The position numbers and the translations under genes were made by a program. Positions 7,451 through 18,033 of a DNA stretch of 64,000 nucleotides are shown one piece after another (position 1 is the first letter of the stretch; every line of letters starts with the position of its first letter). Source of the stretch: an uncultured Eubacteriales bacterium (GTDB lineage: Bacteria; Bacillota; Clostridia; Christensenellales; CAG-917); assembly GCA_900548005.1 (NCBI GenBank), contig URIZ01000002.1, positions 13,488 through 77,487 of the forward strand. Reading direction: 5' to 3'. Below the pieces are notes generated by a model. The model was given only the letters and a program-made list of their open reading frames with translations, did no database searches and had not been told where the DNA came from.

Positions 7451-9556
7451 ATGGAATATAAAATGTTGTTTTCGCCTATGAAGATAGGCACGTGTGAAAT
7501 CAAAAACCGCATAGTTATGTCCCCGATGCTGATGGGGTTCGGACAATTTGACGGCTGCGCAACCGAGCAATTGATGGACTATTACGAAGAGCGTGCAAAG
7601 GGCGGCACAGGGCTTATCATCACCGAGATTTGCCGCATAAACGACAAGCACGGAGCGGCGGCTTTTGCTCAACTTGGTATAAGTCATGACTATCAAATAC
7701 CTTCTCTTCGCGAGTTTTGCGAGCGTATACATCGCCACGGCGCAAAGTTGTTTGTGCAGTTGCATCACCCCGGCAGACAAAACGTGGGGCTTGCGATAGG
7801 AACTGTTCCCGTGTGTATCGCAATGACGAGAATGTGCAAATCTTTCCCGAAAACTCTGTTCAAGATTGCGCCGAAAATCGCGCCGTTCATGTCAAAGCAC
7901 AATATTGCGCTTTCATCGGTGTCGGCAAGCAAGTGCGAGCCGAGTTATTTTGCGGGCGGCAGAGTGCGCGCTTTGAGCAAAAGAGAAGTGAAACAAGTCA
8001 TACGTCAATTTGTTGACGGCGCGGTGCGTTGCAAAAAGGCAGGCGTTGACGGCGTGGAGCTTCACGGCACGCACGGGTACCTTATCCAACAGTTTCTTTC
8101 TCCAAACACAAATCATCGCACGGACGAATACGGCGGCAGTTTTGAAAATCGCTTGCGTTTTCTCCGCGAAATCGTTGAAGGCATACACAAAGAATGTGGA
8201 GATTATCCCATCATCGTCAGGCTGACGGTTGACGAGTTCTATGACAAAATCGGCAAAAGCGGCAAAGGCTACGACATGGCAACGGGCGTAAATTACGCAA
8301 AAGCGATCGAGGCTATGGGCGTTGACGCAATCGACGTTTCGAGCGCGGCATACGACACGTTCAACTATTGGCTCGAACCCACGAGTTTCGATCTCGGATG
8401 GAGAAAGTATCTTGCAGCGGCGGTGAAGGAAGAAGTCACAATCCCTGTCATTGCCGCCAATCTTATACGCACTCCCGAGCAGGCAGAAATGCAACTCGAA
8501 GAAGGCACGCAGGACTTTTTGTCGCTTGGAAGACCGCATATTGCAGATCCGCACTGGGCAGAAAAAGCGCAACAAGGCAGAGAAAAAGAAATCAAGCGTT
8601 GTATTTGCTGTCTGTATTGTATTCAAAGCATGCAAGACAACGCATATCACGGAGATCACGGCTATTGCTCTGTCAATCCCACTGTGGGAAGCGAAAGAGA
8701 GTTTGACAATCTCAAATGTGACGGCAACGGCAGAACGGTGGTTGTTGTCGGCGCGGGCGTTGCCGGGCTTACTTGTGCCGAAATGCTCGGTCGCCGCGGA
8801 TTCAAGCCCATCGTGCTTGAAAAAACGGACAAAATCGGCGGACAAATTCAACTTGCCGATAAACCGCCGAAAAAAGAAAAACTCGGCTGGTGCTTTGAAG
8901 ATATGCGCGTAAATGCGGAAAAATTCGGCGCGGAAATCCACCTTAACACCGAAGCGAGCGAAGAAGTCATCAAATCTTTCAATCCGTACGCAGTCGTAAT
9001 CGCAACGGGCGCGCAAGCGGTGAGACCGCGTTCGATAAAAGGCTCCGACCTTGCAAACGTGTATACGACCACGCAGATTTTGAGCGGAGAAGTTGTGCTA
9101 AAAGGCAAGAAAGTCGCTCTTATAGGATCGGGAATGACGGGACTCGAAACCGCAGAAATGCTTGTTGATAAAGACAATAAAGTCACAATCGTGGAGATGG
9201 CGGACACGCTTGCTCCGGGAACGTGGTTTCAACACGTGGACGACGTTGTGCCGAAACTCGATGCAAAAGGCACGAAGTACGTTTTGTCACACAGGCTTGT
9301 GTGCATAGACGAAAAGGGCGTCACAATCGAGCCTGTCAAAGTGAAAAAGAACAAAGTGAAAGCGGTGGGGGATAAAGAGCGTATCGATTGCGATGCGGTG
9401 GTGTTGTCACTCGGCGCAAAATCCGTCAACGATCTTGCAAAATCGCTCGAAGGCAAATTTGACAATCTTTTTGTCATCGGTGACGCAAAGAAAGTCGGCA
9501 GAATCGCAGACGCGACAAGTCAGGCATACGACGTTGCGATTCACAAAATCAAATAA
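7451..9556 (+). CDS. NADH:flavin oxidoreductase of the Old Yellow Enzyme / 2,4-dienoyl-CoA (enoate) reductase family with C-terminal FAD/NAD(P) domain
   Basis: OYE core GVELHGTHGYLIQQFLSPNTNHRTDEYGGSFENRLRF, a Cys cluster (CICCLYC), then a Rossmann motif VVVVGAGVAGLTCA. Confidence 0.8.
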   Translation: MEYKMLFSPMKIGTCEIKNRIVMSPMLMGFGQFDGCATEQLMDYYEERAKGGTGLIITEICRINDKHGAAAFAQLGISHDYQIPSLREFCERIHRHGAKLFVQLHHPGRQNVGLAIGTVPVCIAMTRMCKSFPKTLFKIAPKIAPFMSKHNIALSSVSASKCEPSYFAGGRVRALSKREVKQVIRQFVDGAVRCKKAGVDGVELHGTHGYLIQQFLSPNTNHRTDEYGGSFENRLRFLREIVEGIHKECGDYPIIVRLTVDEFYDKIGKSGKGYDMATGVNYAKAIEAMGVDAIDVSSAAYDTFNYWLEPTSFDLGWRKYLAAAVKEEVTIPVIAANLIRTPEQAEMQLEEGTQDFLSLGRPHIADPHWAEKAQQGREKEIKRCICCLYCIQSMQDNAYHGDHGYCSVNPTVGSEREFDNLKCDGNGRTVVVVGAGVAGLTCAEMLGRRGFKPIVLEKTDKIGGQIQLADKPPKKEKLGWCFEDMRVNAEKFGAEIHLNTEASEEVIKSFNPYAVVIATGAQAVRPRSIKGSDLANVYTTTQILSGEVVLKGKKVALIGSGMTGLETAEMLVDKDNKVTIVEMADTLAPGTWFQHVDDVVPKLDAKGTKYVLSHRLVCIDEKGVTIEPVKVKKNKVKAVGDKERIDCDAVVLSLGAKSVNDLAKSLEGKFDNLFVIGDAKKVGRIADATSQAYDVAIHKIK

Positions 9557-9860
9557 AACGCAACCCATGCACAAATGCGCGATATACGGCATCTAACCGC
9601 GTGTATCGCGCATTTAATATATCGAGCGACAAAAAAACTTAACGTTAAAACGAGCAAAACGCTCGTTTTCTTGCATTTTGCATGGTTTTTTGGATTTTTT
9701 TGAGTAAACAGTGAGAAAAATGCAAAAAAAAATTTTATACAAACGTAAAAATCGGTATTGATATATATCTATCTATATAGTAAAATATAAGAGTGGATGC
9801 GCATACGGCGCGTTTTGAGAAGGATTTTTTTTGACGCATTCATTTGCGTAAAGGGGTATT

Positions 9861-11147
9861 ATGGATTACAAAATGCAACTCACGCCCGAGCAAGTTGACA
9901 TTCTCAACGGCAAGCAGGGCAAAACGAAGGCAATGGTTATGCAAACCTTGGTTATGTTCGGAGACATTTTCGGAGCAAAACGCTTGGTTGAAGTGACTCA
10001 CAAGGAAGGGCATCTCGTCACGAGTTTCGGCATCGGGTTGCTCAAACCGCTCTACAAAACCATGGACAGACTTATTGCGGACGGCATCAAGACGCAAGGC
10101 ACGTTCACGGTTGACCCGCGCCCGCTCGACAGAGCCAACGTCAAGTATTCTCTTCTTGACAGGCTCGTCAACGAAAAGGTTATGTATTCACAGCAAAAAC
10201 GCTATGAAGAGCAGTTGAAAGCGGTGGGGCTCAAAGACGCAAACGCATTCACTTGCGCGTGCTATCTCGACGAAGTCGGCAACGTTCCGAAGAAAGGTGA
10301 CGTTCTTTCTTGGGCGGAATCCAGTGCAGTCGTTTATGCAAACTCCGTTCTCGGTGCACGTTGCAACCGCAACAGCGGCATGCTCGATCTTTTCGGTTCT
10401 ATCATCGGTTACGTTCCCGAATTCGGTCTTCTCACCGACGAAGGCAGAAAAGCGACTTGGATTGTCAAGGTCGAAACGACAAAAATTCCCGAAGCGCAAA
10501 TTCTCGGTAGCGCAATCGGCATGAAAGTCGTTGAATACGTTCCTTACGTTTACGGTCTCGATAAGTGGATCGGCAGTGAACTTAACGACGAAAATAAGGG
10601 ATATCTCAAAGATTTCGGTGCGGCAACCGCATCAAACGGCGCAGTCGGTCTTTATCACATCGACAATCTCACGCCCGAAGCGAAAGAACTCGGCGAAAAA
10701 CTCATCGTCGAAAATCCGAAAGTGTACGTCATCGACGACGCGGAACTCGAAAGAGTGTACAAGAGTTATCCGAATATGTGGAAAAAGCCCGACAGCAAGC
10801 CGACTATGGCGTTTGTAGGCTGTCCGCACCTTACGTTCACCCAACTCAAAGAATGGACGGATATGATTGAAAAGGCACTCAAACAAAACGGCAAAAGGAA
10901 AGTCGCGCTTGAAACAATCGTTTGCTCCGCTCCCGACGTCGTTGAAAAATTCAAAAAAACTCCCGCATACGCAAGACTTATCGCAACGGGTGCGAAACTC
11001 ACGAGCATTTGTCCGCTTATGTACACCAACAATCCGCTCACCAAGGGCAAATCCATTGCGACTTGCTCCAACAAACTCCGCACGTACAGCATTGCAAGAT
11101 ACTATAAGACGGCGGATCTCGTCAATATCATCGCAGGAAAGGAGTGA
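9861..11147 (+). CDS. aconitase X catalytic (large) subunit, DUF521 family
   Basis: About 428 aa. The N-terminus (LTPEQVDILNGKQGKTKA...) and overall sequence fit the AcnX large subunit. It is followed by the small swivel-domain gene with a GTGA/ATG junction. Confidence 0.75.
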   Translation: MDYKMQLTPEQVDILNGKQGKTKAMVMQTLVMFGDIFGAKRLVEVTHKEGHLVTSFGIGLLKPLYKTMDRLIADGIKTQGTFTVDPRPLDRANVKYSLLDRLVNEKVMYSQQKRYEEQLKAVGLKDANAFTCACYLDEVGNVPKKGDVLSWAESSAVVYANSVLGARCNRNSGMLDLFGSIIGYVPEFGLLTDEGRKATWIVKVETTKIPEAQILGSAIGMKVVEYVPYVYGLDKWIGSELNDENKGYLKDFGAATASNGAVGLYHIDNLTPEAKELGEKLIVENPKVYVIDDAELERVYKSYPNMWKKPDSKPTMAFVGCPHLTFTQLKEWTDMIEKALKQNGKRKVALETIVCSAPDVVEKFKKTPAYARLIATGAKLTSICPLMYTNNPLTKGKSIATCSNKLRTYSIARYYKTADLVNIIAGKE

Positions 11148-11152
11148 AGACT

Positions 11153-11593
11153 ATGAAAACTTTTAAGGGTAGAGTTATTGCAGGCGGCGACTTCAAGGGC
11201 GAAGCCGTAGTTTCAAGACAAGGCGTCAACACTCTCGCAACGTTCCAAAAGAGTGCGCTCACCAACGCAAAACAAGTCATCGTCAGCGACCAGAACAACA
11301 AAGACATTTTCGGGCTCAACATTACGGGCAAAGTGCTTTGCTTGCCGCAAACCATAGGTTCGACGACGGGCGGTCTCGTCATTCAAACGGTATGCTCTAT
11401 GGGTATCAATCCTGAGGCGTTCCTTTTTGCCGACCATATCGACTCGCTTGCCGCAAGCGGAATCGTTCTTGCAAAAATTTGGGAAGACAGCAACGTGATT
11501 GCAATCGACCAACTCGGCGACGAATTCCTTAAATCCGTCAACACCGGCGATACCGTGACCATTTCAAAGGACGGCACTGTCACTATCGGCTGA
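11153..11593 (+). CDS. aconitase X swivel (small) subunit, DUF126 family
   Basis: About 146 aa (FKGRVIAGGDFKGEAVV...GSTTGG). AAGGAG lies 8 nt upstream of ATG 11153. An in-frame GTG at 11144 is also possible. Confidence 0.75.
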   Translation: MKTFKGRVIAGGDFKGEAVVSRQGVNTLATFQKSALTNAKQVIVSDQNNKDIFGLNITGKVLCLPQTIGSTTGGLVIQTVCSMGINPEAFLFADHIDSLAASGIVLAKIWEDSNVIAIDQLGDEFLKSVNTGDTVTISKDGTVTIG

Positions 11594-11615
11594 TTTAAGC
11601 GACATAACTATAAGC

Positions 11616-11652
11616 AAAAGCGCGATTTTCGTTTGTAAAATCGCGCTTTTTT
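11616..11652. terminator. bidirectional terminator between acnX and the convergent aminotransferase gene
   Basis: AAAAGCGCGATTTT-CGTTTGT-AAAATCGCGCTTTTTT. Confidence 0.8.
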
Positions 11653-11727
11653 GTCGTGTCGTATTTAACGTTTTAAGTGCAAAACCTTGTGGGTTTAAGT
11701 GCTGTCGCCGGTTTGTAGTTATTGGTT

Positions 11728-12912
11728 TTACTTTTTGTTTTCGTTGACAAATTCTTCGATAAGGTCGAGAGCCTTTTTGATTACGTCAAGCGAGTAGGCA
11801 TAGCTTATGCGGATAAAGTCTTTTCCGCTTTTGCCGAATGCGCCGCCCGGGACAACCGCAACGTTTTTGGCATCGAGCAGAGCGTAGGCAAATTCTTCGC
11901 CGTTCATGCCCGTTGATTTGACGCAAGGGAAGACGTAGAACGCGCCGCGCGGATTGAAGCAGTCAAGCCCCATATCGTTCAAGCGTTTGACAAGATATTT
12001 GCGTCTTTCGTCATAGATGTCCTTCATACATTCCACTTCTTCAAATCCGTCTTTGAATGACGCATTGAGAGCCTCAAGCGCAACGTATTGAGCGGAAGTG
12101 GGCGCGCACATGATCGCAAATTGGTGGATCTTATATATCACGTCAATGATTTCTTTGGGCGCGCAAACGTAGCCGAGTCGCCAGCCCGTCATCGCAAAAT
12201 ATTTTGAAAAACCGCTCACGAGAATGGTGCGCTCTCTCATGCCGTCAAGGGATGCTATGGACGTAAACTTGGCGTCGTCATAGACAAGCTCGCCGTAAAT
12301 CTCGTCGGAGAGCACCAAAAGGTCGTGTTCTTTGATGATTGGGACGAGCTTTTCAAGGTCTTCCTTTTCCATAATCGCACCGGTAGGGTTGTTCGGATAG
12401 GACAAAAGAAGGCATTTTGTTTTTGGAGTAATCGCGCTTTCGAGTTGCTTTGGCGTGAGTTTGAATTCGTTTTCGATTTTGCAATCTATCGGGACGGGGA
12501 TGCCGCCGCAGAGCCTGACAAGCGGCTCATAGCAGACAAAGCACGGCTCGGGGATAAGCACTTCGTCACCGGGGGCAATGATTGCGCGGAAAGATGAGTC
12601 AACGCCTTCGCTTGCGCCGACTGTGATGATGATCTCGCTCTTGGGATCGTATTCGACGCCTATAAAGCTCTTGGTGTAGGTGGAGATTGCCTCTCTAAGC
12701 TCCAAAAGACCGGCGTTTGCGGTGTACTGAGTTTTGCCTGCGTTGATGCTCTTTATGCCCGCTTGCGAAAAGACGGTGGGTGTGGAGAAGTCCGGCTCGC
12801 CCACGCCGAGAGATATGCAGTCTTTTCTCGTTGCGGCTATCCCGAAAAATTCGCGTATGCCCGATGGCTTTAGGTCTCTTGCAATCGGATTGAGTTTTTT
12901 TGTGTATTCCAT
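11728..12912 (-). CDS. class I/II pyridoxal-phosphate aminotransferase (aspartate/aromatic type)
   Basis: PLP-lysine context SGFSKYFAMTGWRLGY and N-terminal PSGIREF. The start MEYTKKLNP at 12912 is chosen over the longer ORF to 13077. Confidence 0.85.
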   Translation of the reverse strand: MEYTKKLNPIARDLKPSGIREFFGIAATRKDCISLGVGEPDFSTPTVFSQAGIKSINAGKTQYTANAGLLELREAISTYTKSFIGVEYDPKSEIIITVGASEGVDSSFRAIIAPGDEVLIPEPCFVCYEPLVRLCGGIPVPIDCKIENEFKLTPKQLESAITPKTKCLLLSYPNNPTGAIMEKEDLEKLVPIIKEHDLLVLSDEIYGELVYDDAKFTSIASLDGMRERTILVSGFSKYFAMTGWRLGYVCAPKEIIDVIYKIHQFAIMCAPTSAQYVALEALNASFKDGFEEVECMKDIYDERRKYLVKRLNDMGLDCFNPRGAFYVFPCVKSTGMNGEEFAYALLDAKNVAVVPGGAFGKSGKDFIRISYAYSLDVIKKALDLIEEFVNENKK

Positions 12913-12988
12913 ATATACCTTAATATTGTGTTTGTTGCTAAATTCTATCACATGATTTGAGAAAATACAACTCAAAAAGTGAAAACCT

Positions 12989-14296
12989 TCAGAATAGCAG
13001 TGAAATTTTAAGCCCTGCAATTGCGCATAGAATGGACGGGATACCGACGAGAAAACCGCGCCATACGAAGTCCACAAATGTGAAACGAACGTTTTGTTTT
13101 TTCAAAATTGCGTTCCACATAATTGCGGCAAGCGCGCCTATGGGAGTCAAAAGCGCACCAAGATTCGAGCCTATGACGGACGCATACAAAGCGGCAGGCA
13201 GGTTTTGAGCGGATACGCTTTCAAGCACTTTCGAGTAAAGAACGGACATCGGTATGTTATTTATAAGGTTTGCAAACAGTGCGCTCGTCGTGCCGAAAGA
13301 AAACGCGCAATCTATTTTTTGCAAAGACGCCGCAATCTTTTCTGTGATTCCGCATTCGCTGAGCGACAAAACGATTACGAACATCGAAAGAAGAAACGGC
13401 ACGAGTTGCCATGGGAGTCTTGCAATCGTTTTTCCTATTGGTTTAAGCGATTTTTTCTCGCATAAAGTGACTATGGAGCATATAAGGAGCACACCGGCGC
13501 ACGCAACGAGACTTACCAGCCACATTTCAACGCCGATATACGAAGAGATTGCAAGCATAACGGTGCAGACAAAAAGACCGACAAGCCCGATGATAAGGCA
13601 GGGTTTATCGTCGATTTTTTCGTCTTGTTCGTGCGGTTTTAGCGGCTCTTTGAGTTTCTTTGCAAAGAGTGCGTACAAAATCGCCAACGAGCAAAGTCCT
13701 GCAAAGATGGTTGGGATTGCCATCATTTTGAGATATTGCGCAAATCCTACGCCGTATGTTGTGGCAAGGTAAATATTGGTCGGATTGCCGATTATAAACA
13801 GCATACTCCAGGTGTTTGCCGCAACGAATTCCGTGACGATGTATGGCACGGGGTCTATCTCGCAATTTTTCGCAAAATAGCAGATAAATGGCGTGAACGT
13901 GAGTATGATAACGTCGTTTGACGTGAAAACGGTGAGAACGGAAGTGACGATGTAGAGCAGAAAAAACAATTTTTTCTGACTTGCGCCTGCTTTTTTTAGT
14001 GTTGCGTTTGCGAGCCATCTGAAAAATCCGATTTCGTCAAGATAGACGGAAAGCCCCGTCATTGAAAGGAAAAGCACGAGAATTTTGAGCGGATTCATGG
14101 CGTCTTTTGAAGTAAACTGCGTCCATACCGCGCTTGCGTCCACACCTTTTGCCAATAGCAAAATCACCGCTATGACAAGCGGTATGACCCAGTATAGTCC
14201 GATTTTGACTTTGCCGAGTTTTACGTTCAAATCGAACAGAGTGGAGATTAATATTCCTATGCTTGCAAGAACAAACATGGATATTGAAAGTGCCAT
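12989..14296 (-). CDS. ArsB/NhaD (CitMHS-like) permease superfamily transporter
   Basis: About 435 aa, roughly 10-12 hydrophobic helices, internal duplication-like layout. Family assignment is by general resemblance only. Start MALSISMF at 14296. Confidence 0.6.
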   Translation of the reverse strand: MALSISMFVLASIGILISTLFDLNVKLGKVKIGLYWVIPLVIAVILLLAKGVDASAVWTQFTSKDAMNPLKILVLFLSMTGLSVYLDEIGFFRWLANATLKKAGASQKKLFFLLYIVTSVLTVFTSNDVIILTFTPFICYFAKNCEIDPVPYIVTEFVAANTWSMLFIIGNPTNIYLATTYGVGFAQYLKMMAIPTIFAGLCSLAILYALFAKKLKEPLKPHEQDEKIDDKPCLIIGLVGLFVCTVMLAISSYIGVEMWLVSLVACAGVLLICSIVTLCEKKSLKPIGKTIARLPWQLVPFLLSMFVIVLSLSECGITEKIAASLQKIDCAFSFGTTSALFANLINNIPMSVLYSKVLESVSAQNLPAALYASVIGSNLGALLTPIGALAAIMWNAILKKQNVRFTFVDFVWRGFLVGIPSILCAIAGLKISLLF

Positions 14297-14491
14297 AGAG
14301 TTTCCCTTTCCTTTTGCGCATATTATGCTCTCAACGGAGCAAAAACGCAAGCGAATGACGGCTTTTGCAATCGACAAAAAACGCAAAATCGCCGCAGGGG
14401 GATTTTTATATTTACAAAAGCGCGCGTATATGATAAAATATCAAATATAGATTTTATCTATAAGATTAAAAATCTTGAAACGGAGCATTTT

Positions 14492-15358
14492 ATGTTTGAA
14501 ATAGTTACGGACAACACCGCAGACCTTTACGAAGGCTATTATGAGCAAAATCCCGCTCGCAGACTTCCGTTTTCCTTCACGTTGGAAGACAGATTTTATG
14601 AGCGTGACGATGAATATCCAATCGAGCTTTTCTATGAAAAACTCAAAGCAGGCAAACTTGTCAGAACATCGCAAATCAATCCGCACGATGCCGAAGTCGA
14701 GTTTGAAAAAGTGCTGCAAGAAGGCAAAGACGTGCTGTACATCGGCTTTTCGTCAGGTATGTCGGGCAGCTTTGACAACATTTCATACATCGCAAAAGGG
14801 TTGAGAATCAAGTATCCCGAGCGCAAAATCATCGTGGTGGACACGCTCTCGGGCGCAGGCGGCGAAGGTTTGCTTTTCTACTATGCAAGAAAGATGCAAC
14901 AAGAAGGCAAGAGCATGGAAGAAATCGCCGAATGGGTGGAAAACAACAAGCTCAACACACACCATTGCTTTATCGTCAGCGACCTTATCAACTTGCGCAA
15001 CAGCGGCCGTATCTCAACGCTCGCCGCGCTTTTTGGCATGATCGTGCATATAAACCCGGTGCTCGAACTCACAAGAGAAGGCAAGATCGGTATCGTCACG
15101 AAGTCTATCGGCAGAAAGAAATCCATTGCCGAAATGGTGAAGTTCTTCAAGCAAAACTATATCCCGAGCGACAACGATTTTATCCTTGTCGGTCACACCA
15201 ATTGCCCCGAAGAGGCGCACGCATTCGGTGCGCAAATCGAGCAAATCTCGGGCGGCGTTCCCGTCAAATACGGATATATCAACCGTCTTGTTTCGGGCTG
15301 TGCAGGCTACAACGCGCTTGCCGTGTTCTTTATGGGACAACCGAGAAAAGACAGATAA
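14492..15358 (+). CDS. DegV family fatty-acid-binding protein
   Basis: MFEIVTDNTADL start, SQINPHD and FSSGMSGSF motifs, typical DegV length. Confidence 0.85.
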   Translation: MFEIVTDNTADLYEGYYEQNPARRLPFSFTLEDRFYERDDEYPIELFYEKLKAGKLVRTSQINPHDAEVEFEKVLQEGKDVLYIGFSSGMSGSFDNISYIAKGLRIKYPERKIIVVDTLSGAGGEGLLFYYARKMQQEGKSMEEIAEWVENNKLNTHHCFIVSDLINLRNSGRISTLAALFGMIVHINPVLELTREGKIGIVTKSIGRKKSIAEMVKFFKQNYIPSDNDFILVGHTNCPEEAHAFGAQIEQISGGVPVKYGYINRLVSGCAGYNALAVFFMGQPRKDR

Positions 15359-15448
15359 TCGGACAAAAGCGTTTTGCCGATTTTGTAAAACGCATTTATA
15401 AATGCCATTCACAAATAATCAACTCACAAACAATCAAAATAAATCATC

Positions 15449-15481
15449 AAAAAAGCACCGAAATAGCGGTGCTTTTTTTTT
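15449..15481. terminator. bidirectional terminator (degV / convergent surface-protein gene)
   Basis: AAAAAAGCACCG-AAATAG-CGGTGCTTTTTTTTT. Confidence 0.8.
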
Positions 15482-15523
15482 GCGTCTATTAGAAATTCAA
15501 AGTTGTTTTGTTTTGTTTTGTTC

Positions 15524-17926
15524 TCAAAAGCGTTTTTGGTCTTGCTCTTTCTTCTTTGCGTCGGCGTTCTTTCTTGTCAGATGCACGGACGCAAAGATTG
15601 CAGCACCGGCGATTGCGACGATGATTGAAAGCACGATTGCCACGATTTGTACGGTGGTGAGAGTGCCGATTTTTAGTTGTGATTTTTGGATGTAGCCGAG
15701 CTTTCCGTCATAGGACACGAGATAGAAACCGTCAAGAGTTTCAAGCACTTCCACTTTGCTGCCGTCAACGATTTGAGCAACGACTTCGCTGTCGGTGGAT
15801 TGATCGGCGTACATATTGACAAGACCGCCCACTCTGTCGGCATTTGCTTTGCCGTATACTTTGTCTTTTTCTTCCACAATCTCAACGTATTCGGCAATGT
15901 CCGAGCGTTTGACGAAATACTCTTGTCCTTGATAGGTTGCAATCACCCAAACGGAAGAATCATACTCGGCGGTGTCCGATTTCAGAGTTAGCCGAACGCC
16001 CGAGCCGAGCGCGATTTTGCCGTCTTCGACATAGGGGAGAGCAAAGAGCGAAGTTGCGCCTTTTGTGACGTAATCGCCGCTTAATGCGCCGCATTCAACA
16101 CTATCAAACTGCGATTTGTCGATTGAGATGAGCTTTTCGCCAACTCTCGCAAGCGTTTTTCCGTCCTTGGTGGTGTCATCGTAGACGATGATCGTTTCGT
16201 TTGTTGCAAGGGACACGTTTTCTATGCGCCCGTAAATCGAGAAGAACATTGCGCCGTCTTTTGCTTTGGCAAAGTGGTGTGCGCCTTTTGTTATCTCGGG
16301 AGCGGTGAAAGCGTAGTTTTGCTTGGTTGCGGCTTGTACGTCCAGTGCGCCGACAAAACATTCGCTTGCGGTGAAGAAGACTGTCGTGCCGTCAAGGCAT
16401 ACGCTTGTCGGAATTGCTTTGAGAGAAGGATTGGAAAGCGTATACGAACCGCTCTCTTCACCCAAAACGTAATCGATGCGGTTTGCGTATGCAATGAAGG
16501 CTTTGCCTTGATAGTCAACGGCAAAGTCGATTGCGTCTTTGAAATCGCCGCTTGCAAGGCTCAAAAGACGTTGCCCCGAGAGGTTGATTGCAACAATCTC
16601 GCTCTCGGTCAACACATACACGTTCGTTCCGTCGTTTGCGGCGGTGATACGCTTTGCGTTGTCAACGTCGAAAATCTTGACGGCATTGCCTGCAAGGTTG
16701 ACGTACACGCCGTCTTTTTTGAGAATGTATAGGCTTGAAAGATACGTCACGTCCACAACGTCTTCAACGTCGATGGTGCTTGTTATAGTCTTGTCCTTGA
16801 TTTGCAAAATCTTGCTTTTTGTGACGGCATACACAGAGTCGCCCGAGCAAAGTGCAAGGGGAGTTTCGTCAAGTTGAAGAGCGGTCATAACGCCTGTTTG
16901 AGATATGAAAGCAATGCGATTGTTGCCGCTGTCAGCAACCACGGTTTCGTTTTGGAAACGAGTGACGTCCGTGGGGTTGCTTAGGTGTCGCAAATCGTTG
17001 CCCGACATGGTGATCGTTTGCGTTTTTGTGAGCGCGGTGTGCTCGTCATTGAGCGCGTACACGGTCACTCCGCCGTCTTGAATGGTGAAAAGTCTGTTGC
17101 CGAAAGCAAAGAATTTGTCGGGATTTATATCCGTTGCAAACAGCAAATCGCCGCTTGTCTTGTCTATGCACACAATGCGTTTTTGCGCGCCCGATGCGGA
17201 GGATTGTTGGATGATTTCAAGCGCGTACACAACGTCGCCCACGTACGCTTCGCCGATATGGTGTGTGATGCCTTTTATGGTTTTCGCCTTGGTTGTCGCG
17301 TCATAGGTGATGAACACGGGGGACGCGTATTCTGTGGAGAATACGATAAGGTTTGCCCCTTCGCCCGCCACCACGATCTTGCCTGCGAGTGTGTCGGGAT
17401 CGTAGAGATTGTCGATGCCAAGAGCCACTTGCAAGTCTTTGTCATAGACGGTGAGCCTGCCTGCCGCCGAGTGTGCGTACAGATACGTGCCGTCACTGTT
17501 GAAGAATGTCACGTCCGCGGGGCTCGGAAGAGTGCGCTCCCTAGCGGTTGCCGCCTTGTCTGTCAAGTCGAGAGTGAAATATTTGTTGTCGGCATGCAAA
17601 AACACAACGTTTTCCACAACGAATATGCCGCTCACGCTCTCAAAATCGAGAGTGTAAGTCCATTCTTCTTCCGCTCTGACAAAAAGGGTTTTGCTCAAAT
17701 CGTCGTAGATGACAAGATAGTTTCTGTTTGCGCCCACAAGGGACGGGGACGATGATTGAAAATAGTTGCCGGTGGGAAAAAGCACCCGATAGGTCGCATC
17801 GGCTGCGCTTGCAACGTTTTGACAGGAAACGGGCAGCAAAACCAAAATTGCCGCAAGCAAAATCATTGCTACGGCGAGAAGTGTTTTTATGTGGAAAAAT
17901 GGTTGTTTTTGCATATATGGTTTCAT
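15524..17926 (-). CDS. large secreted protein: signal peptide, repeated beta-propeller-like region, two SH3b-like domains, C-terminal TM anchor with basic tail
   Basis: N-terminal hydrophobic leader (TLLAVAMILLAAILVLLPVSC). Repetitive beta-strand-rich body. C-terminus has SH3-like segments (WVIATYQGQEYFVKRSDI; FYLVSYDGKLGYIQKSQL), then VQIVAIVLSIIVAIAGAAIFASV and RKNADAKKKEQDQKRF. Start is 17926 or 17914. Confidence 0.55.
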   Translation of the reverse strand: MKPYMQKQPFFHIKTLLAVAMILLAAILVLLPVSCQNVASAADATYRVLFPTGNYFQSSSPSLVGANRNYLVIYDDLSKTLFVRAEEEWTYTLDFESVSGIFVVENVVFLHADNKYFTLDLTDKAATARERTLPSPADVTFFNSDGTYLYAHSAAGRLTVYDKDLQVALGIDNLYDPDTLAGKIVVAGEGANLIVFSTEYASPVFITYDATTKAKTIKGITHHIGEAYVGDVVYALEIIQQSSASGAQKRIVCIDKTSGDLLFATDINPDKFFAFGNRLFTIQDGGVTVYALNDEHTALTKTQTITMSGNDLRHLSNPTDVTRFQNETVVADSGNNRIAFISQTGVMTALQLDETPLALCSGDSVYAVTKSKILQIKDKTITSTIDVEDVVDVTYLSSLYILKKDGVYVNLAGNAVKIFDVDNAKRITAANDGTNVYVLTESEIVAINLSGQRLLSLASGDFKDAIDFAVDYQGKAFIAYANRIDYVLGEESGSYTLSNPSLKAIPTSVCLDGTTVFFTASECFVGALDVQAATKQNYAFTAPEITKGAHHFAKAKDGAMFFSIYGRIENVSLATNETIIVYDDTTKDGKTLARVGEKLISIDKSQFDSVECGALSGDYVTKGATSLFALPYVEDGKIALGSGVRLTLKSDTAEYDSSVWVIATYQGQEYFVKRSDIAEYVEIVEEKDKVYGKANADRVGGLVNMYADQSTDSEVVAQIVDGSKVEVLETLDGFYLVSYDGKLGYIQKSQLKIGTLTTVQIVAIVLSIIVAIAGAAIFASVHLTRKNADAKKKEQDQKRF

Positions 17927-18033
17927 AAATATAAGTATAAACAAATTAAAACTTTAAGTCAAGATAAGATTATAATATCTTTAATGCTTGAAATATTCGC
18001 GCGCGTGTGGTAATATCATAGAAAAGGATATTT

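Noticed and set aside
7913-9016. 367-aa minus-strand ORF inside the flavin reductase gene
   Set aside because: It is antisense to a well-supported conserved CDS (OYE and FAD motifs on the plus strand). Its composition is Phe/Arg/Cys-rich, typical of antisense frames.
7451-9875. The reductase and AcnX genes begin with nearly the same codons (ATGGAATATAAAATG / ATGGATTACAAAATG; MEYKM / MDYKM)
   Set aside because: The similarity covers only five codons with different upstream sequence. It is most likely coincidence, and no repeat or recombination signature extends beyond it.
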